This document shows positions 34,958 through 38,453 of a stretch of DNA of 38,453 nucleotides, in pieces. The stretch's first letter is position 1. Every line of letters begins with the position of its first letter. The position numbers were made by a program, and so were the translations under genes. The notes beneath the pieces are model-generated. The model ran no database searches. It worked only from the letters and a program-made list of their open reading frames with translations, and was not told where the DNA came from. The stretch spans positions 1 to 38,453 of the forward strand of contig CAVCWF010000151.1 in NCBI GenBank assembly GCA_963605945.1. The letters are read 5' to 3'. Source of the DNA: Lachnospiraceae bacterium. Lineage in GTDB: Bacteria > Bacillota > Clostridia > Oscillospirales > Oscillospiraceae.

Positions 34958-35428
34958 TCAGCCGGAAGCCTTGCAGCTCCAGCCACTGACGGTGAGCCTG
35001 ATTATTGTCAGGCGCTCCAGCGCGCGGGGGTCGAAGCTCCAGTCTGCCTTGCCGGAATAATGCCGCATTATCAGCTCCAGCGCATGGAGCTTCTCATCAT
35101 TGTCTGCGACCGGGGCGGCGTGGCCGCGCCCCATGACACAGCCGTACGAATACGAAAAAGCGCAGGCAATATCCGCGGCGCGGAGCGCGTGGCCGCAGTC
35201 CATCTCAAACGAGACATCGGTGCCGCTGCCTATCAAATCAATCTTCCGCCCCTCGGATGCGCAGTGAAAATACAGAGTGAGCGCGCTGCCCGCGACCTCA
35301 AAGCCGAAGTTCATCGGCACAATGTATGCCTCGCCATTATCGACAAGGCCGAGCCGGCAGCAGTCGCACTCGGCGACGATCTCAAGCATCTTATCCCGGT
35401 CGATTATCTCTCTGTCTCTGCGTCTCAT
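34958..35428 (-). CDS. Pyridoxamine 5'-phosphate oxidase-like FMN-binding split-barrel protein (Nim-related family)
   Basis: The 156-aa product reads MRRRDREIIDRDKMLEIVAECDCCRLGLVDNGEAYIVPMNFGF...LYFHCASEGRKIDL, the characteristic pattern of this family. AGGAGGG sits 6 nt upstream. Confidence 0.8.
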   Translation of the reverse strand: MRRRDREIIDRDKMLEIVAECDCCRLGLVDNGEAYIVPMNFGFEVAGSALTLYFHCASEGRKIDLIGSGTDVSFEMDCGHALRAADIACAFSYSYGCVMGRGHAAPVADNDEKLHALELIMRHYSGKADWSFDPRALERLTIIRLTVSGWSCKASG

Positions 35429-35445
35429 TCCGCGCCCTCCTGTGG

Positions 35446-35607
35446 TTATCCCGGAAGCTCCTCCGCGTCCTCAACGTACATCTCCTCACAGTCGCTCTGC
35501 GCCCGCTTGAGTATGTCCGCCGCCTGACCGAAGTTCAGGCTTTCAAGCGCGCTGAGCGAATCGGTAATACTGTTGAACAGCAAAAGGTACATCTTTTTAT
35601 AGTCCAT
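35446..35607 (-). CDS. Small hypothetical protein, 53 aa (absent from the ORF track)
   Basis: Hand translation gives MDYKKMYLLLFNSITDSLSALESLNFGQAADILKRAQSDCEEMYVEDAEELPG*. GGGAGGA sits 7 nt upstream of ATG 35607. The stop is 17 nt before the PNPOx-family start, whose SD lies in that gap. Confidence 0.6.
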   Translation of the reverse strand: MDYKKMYLLLFNSITDSLSALESLNFGQAADILKRAQSDCEEMYVEDAEELPG

Positions 35608-35634
35608 TATTTTATCCTCCCAAACGGCATTTCG

Positions 35635-35702
35635 TACGTTTATGTAACGTATTTTAGCTCAGAATATATGCTAATGTCAAGTAAAATACGTTATATAAAC
35701 GT
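35635..35702. promoter_or_regulatory. Two copies of the inverted repeat ACGTT-N5-AACGT (candidate XRE operators) in a divergent intergenic region
   Basis: Site 1 is TACGTTTATGTAACGTA at 35635-35651. Site 2 is ACGTTATATAAACGT at 35688-35702. Their centres are 52 bp apart, about 5 helical turns. Confidence 0.45.
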
Positions 35703-35713
35703 GGTGACGCTGA

Positions 35714-35977
35714 ATGAAAAAGATTACCCTAGACAACAATAAGAACGTCGTTTTCAAGAGCCTGCGGCTGTGCCGCGTCAGGTGCGGGATGACGCAGAGC
35801 GAACTCGCGGCGAAGCTTCAGACGCTGGGGATAAACATGGATCAGCAGATGCTCAGCAGGATCGAGAACAACTCCCGCATGGTGACGGACTATGAGCTGG
35901 CCGGGATGTGCCTTGCGCTGCGCGTAAGCCCGGCGGAGCTTCTGACGGATTTCTTCCGGGAATACTCGGAGCAGTGA
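35714..35977 (+). CDS. XRE-family helix-turn-helix transcriptional regulator
   Basis: The 87-aa product contains LRLCRVRCGMTQSELAAKLQTLGINMDQQMLSRIENNSRMVTDYELAGMCLALRVSPAELL, a canonical HTH_3/Cro-C1 pattern. Confidence 0.85.
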   Translation: MKKITLDNNKNVVFKSLRLCRVRCGMTQSELAAKLQTLGINMDQQMLSRIENNSRMVTDYELAGMCLALRVSPAELLTDFFREYSEQ

Positions 35978-36019
35978 CGGGAAAGCACAAACAGAAGCAA
36001 AAAGGTGCATCTTCTGCAA

Positions 36020-36048
36020 TTACAAATTGCCGCCGGAACAGATATAAT
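36020..36048 (+). promoter_or_regulatory. Candidate promoter of the GH94 gene (-35 TTACAA, 17-bp spacer, -10 TATAAT)
   Basis: TTACAA lies at 36020-36025 and a consensus TATAAT at 36043-36048. The promoter is about 40 nt upstream of the GAGGTGG RBS. Confidence 0.5.
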
Positions 36049-36090
36049 AGCATTATAGAATAGCGTAAATTTTATAATGAGGTGGACAAT

Positions 36091-38453
36091 ATGCAGTATG
36101 GCCATTTTGACAATAAAAGCCGCGAATATGTGATAGACCGGGTCGACCTGCCCGTGTCGTGGACAAACTATATCGGAGTAGGGGACATGTACGGCGTGTT
36201 CAACCACACGGCGGGCGGATATCTGCTGTACAAGACCCCGGAATACCACCGCATTACGCGCTTCCGCCCGAACGGTGTACCTATGGACGGCCCCGGCCAC
36301 TATATCTACATCCGCGATGACGAGACCGGCGACTACTGGAGCGTTTCATGGCAGCCGGTGGGGCGCGACATGGCGAAATACTCCTGCCGCCACGGGCTGA
36401 GCTACGTGAAATATCTCTGCGATTACAGCGATATCCACGCCGAACAGACCCTTTTCGTAGCAATGGACGATCCGGTGGAGCTTTGGAATCTGACGCTGCG
36501 CAATGACAGCGGCAGGCCGCGCAGACTTTCGGTATACTCCTACTGCGAGTTCAGCTTCCACCAGATAGACATGGACAACCGCAACTTCCAGATGAGCCTG
36601 TACGCCGCGGGCAGCAGCTACGCCGACGGCATAATCGAGCACGAGCTGCACTATGAGGAGAACGGCTTCCAGTTCTTCGCCGCCGATTTTGTGCCCGACG
36701 GCTTTGACTGCCTGCGCGACGATTTCATCGGCGCGTACCGCACCGAGCGCGACCCGCAGAGCGTCGTGACCGGCGAGTGCCGCGGCAGATTCGAAAACGG
36801 CGGGAACCACTGCGGAGTGCTGAAAAAGTGCCTGACGCTCGCGCCCGGCGAGGACGCGCGGCTGATATTCATGCTGGGCGAGGGCGGCCGCGGGATCGGC
36901 CGCGCGATGCGCGAAAAATACACGGCGGCGCGTGTGGACGACGATTTCCGCCGCCTTGCAAAGTTCTGGGACGATAAGCTCAGCTGTCTCCAGATCTCAA
37001 CGCCCAACGAGGGCATGGACACCGAGATAAACATCTGGAACCTTTACCAGAGCGAGATAAACGTAATGTTCTCGCGCTTCACCTCGTTCATCGAGGTCGG
37101 CGGCCGCGTCGGCCTTGGCTACCGCGACACCGCGCAGGACGCGATGATGGTGCCGCACTCGAACCCCGCAAAGTGCCGAAGCAGAATAGTCGAGCTTATG
37201 CGCGCGCTGACGAACGAGGGCTACGGCCTGCACCTGTTTGAGCCGCGCTGGTTCGAGCCGGAACAGGAGCAGCAGTCCTTCAAATCGCCCACGGTCATCC
37301 CGACCCCGGACAAGAGCCAGATCGTCCACGGCATCAAGGACACCTGCGCGGACGATGCGCTGTGGCTCGTAAGCTCCGTGGTGCAGTATATAAAGGAGAC
37401 GGGCGAGCTGGGCTTTGCCGACGAGGTGATAACCTACGCCGACGGCGGCGAGGGCACGATGTATGAGCACATGCGGCGCATACTCGACTTCTCCGCGCGC
37501 CAGACAGGCCGGAACGGCATCTGCAAGGGGCTGCGCGCCGACTGGAACGACTGCCTGAACCTCGGCGGCGGCGAGAGCGCGATGGTCAGCTTCCTGCACT
37601 ATTGGGCGCTGAATAATTTCGTGGAGCTGGCGCGGCGGCTTGGCCGCGAGGCCGACGCGGAGAAATATTCCGCGTTCGCGGCGGACGTGAAGGAAAAATG
37701 CGAAAGCGTGCTGTGGGACGGCGGATGGTACATCCGCGGCATCACCGCCGACAACCGAAAAATCGGCACGCAGACCGACGAAGAAGGGCGCGTACACATG
37801 GAGTCGAACACGTGGGCGGTGCTCTCCGGCGCGGCAGCGCGCGAGCGTGGGATAAAGGCCATGGACAGCGTGGACGACTATCTCTACACCGACTTCGGCC
37901 TCATGCTCAACGCCCCCTGCTACACCAAGCCAGACGACGGCATCGGCTTCGTCACGCGGGTCTACCCCGGACTCAAGGAAAACGGCGCGATATTCAGCCA
38001 TCCGAACCCGTGGGCGTGGTGCGCCGAGGCGGTTCTGGGGCGCGGAAGCCGCGCAATGAAATTTTATAATGCCTTGTGTCCCGCGCTGCAAAATGATAAA
38101 ATAGAGATACGCCAGTCGGAACCCTATTCCTACTGCCAGTTCGTCGTCGGCAAGAGCCACACGGCCTTTGGCCGCGCGCGGCACCCGTTTATGACCGGCT
38201 CCGCGGGCTGGGCGTATTACGCCGCGACACAGTACATCCTCGGCGTAAGGCCGGATTTCGACTGCCTGCGCGTCGATCCCTGTATCCCCGCCTACTGGAA
38301 GGAGTTCACCGTGACACGCAAGTGGCGCGGCGGCGTGTACAACATACATGTTGTGAACCCCGACGGAGTCGAAAAGGGCGTGCGGGAGATAATTGCCGAC
38401 GGCAAAAAGGTTGACGCACTGCCGGTGGTACCGGCCGGAAATACATGCAATGC
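36091..38453 (+). CDS. GH94 glycoside phosphorylase (cellobiose / cellodextrin / chitobiose phosphorylase-like), C-terminus cut by window edge
   Basis: Not in the ORF track because there is no stop in the window. Translation from ATG 36091 (GAGGTGG 5 nt upstream) stays open for 787 codons. It reads MQYGHFDNKSREYVIDRVDLPVSWTNYIG... and contains the GLRADWNDCLNLGG catalytic-Asp region and the (alpha/alpha)6 barrel pattern of cellobiose phosphorylases. Confidence 0.9.
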   Translation, partial: MQYGHFDNKSREYVIDRVDLPVSWTNYIGVGDMYGVFNHTAGGYLLYKTPEYHRITRFRPNGVPMDGPGHYIYIRDDETGDYWSVSWQPVGRDMAKYSCRHGLSYVKYLCDYSDIHAEQTLFVAMDDPVELWNLTLRNDSGRPRRLSVYSYCEFSFHQIDMDNRNFQMSLYAAGSSYADGIIEHELHYEENGFQFFAADFVPDGFDCLRDDFIGAYRTERDPQSVVTGECRGRFENGGNHCGVLKKCLTLAPGEDARLIFMLGEGGRGIGRAMREKYTAARVDDDFRRLAKFWDDKLSCLQISTPNEGMDTEINIWNLYQSEINVMFSRFTSFIEVGGRVGLGYRDTAQDAMMVPHSNPAKCRSRIVELMRALTNEGYGLHLFEPRWFEPEQEQQSFKSPTVIPTPDKSQIVHGIKDTCADDALWLVSSVVQYIKETGELGFADEVITYADGGEGTMYEHMRRILDFSARQTGRNGICKGLRADWNDCLNLGGGESAMVSFLHYWALNNFVELARRLGREADAEKYSAFAADVKEKCESVLWDGGWYIRGITADNRKIGTQTDEEGRVHMESNTWAVLSGAAARERGIKAMDSVDDYLYTDFGLMLNAPCYTKPDDGIGFVTRVYPGLKENGAIFSHPNPWAWCAEAVLGRGSRAMKFYNALCPALQNDKIEIRQSEPYSYCQFVVGKSHTAFGRARHPFMTGSAGWAYYAATQYILGVRPDFDCLRVDPCIPAYWKEFTVTRKWRGGVYNIHVVNPDGVEKGVREIIADGKKVDALPVVPAGNTCN

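Noticed and set aside
34200-34989. Four ORFs of 76-98 aa on both strands in the repeat tract, and the possibility of a CRISPR array
   Set aside because: The ORFs read through palindromes in both directions, lack RBS, and translate into the low-complexity strings typical of mis-called repeat elements. The repeats are neither identical nor regularly spaced, occur in both orientations, and no cas genes are present, so this is not CRISPR.
34958-35977. Toxin-antitoxin or abortive-infection module (XRE regulator plus small ORF plus 156-aa protein)
   Set aside because: The 156-aa protein has the clear signature of a PNPOx-like FMN-binding protein rather than a toxin fold. The XRE gene is divergent, not co-transcribed. 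No nuclease, kinase or membrane-toxin features are present.
36997-38349. 450-aa minus-strand ORF
   Set aside because: It is antisense to the GH94 phosphorylase gene, which the ORF track omits only because it has no stop in the window. It is a shadow ORF.

Overview
The window is GC-rich, gene-dense chromosomal DNA. Protein motifs, strong GGAGG-type ribosome-binding sites (RBS) and a ypeB-like germination gene suggest a spore-forming Clostridia (Oscillospiraceae/Ruminococcaceae-like) genome; this is an inference. Content by region: (i) 1-9272 is a redox island with two minus-strand operons. Each is led by a two-domain OYE/FAD 2-enoate-reductase-family enzyme and faces a divergent TetR regulator. 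The operons also carry two SDRs, a TbADH-like Zn alcohol dehydrogenase and an MFS carrier. (ii) 9273-9730 is an unusually long, structured intergenic region. (iii) 9731-12235 is an operon encoding a trigger-factor-like protein without the ribosome-binding domain, an atypical CTAC thioredoxin, a 66-aa mini ferredoxin:thioredoxin-reductase catalytic-type Cys protein and a lipoprotein. (iv) 12301-18658 holds a heterodimeric ABC exporter pair and an M16C peptidase. (v) 18711-25285 holds a YfcE-type phosphoesterase, three small unknown genes, a WecA/TagO-like transferase, trpS, gltX and ypeB-like. (vi) 25592-34212 is a complete nine-gene V-type ATPase operon (order G/H-I-K-E-C-F-A-B-D) with Na+-type c-subunit motifs. 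(vii) 34260-34957 is a roughly 700-bp non-coding tract packed with nested palindromic repeat elements. (viii) 34958-35977 holds a PNPOx-family gene, an ORF-track-missed 53-aa ORF and a divergent XRE regulator with paired operators. (ix) 36091-38453 is a GH94 cellobiose-phosphorylase-like gene cut by the window edge. I found no rRNA, tRNA, CRISPR array, transposase, integrase or recognisable defence system. The best candidates for undescribed biology are the redox island, the palindromic repeat tract and the TF-like/Trx/mini-FTR operon. All calls rest on by-eye motif recognition; no database search was possible.
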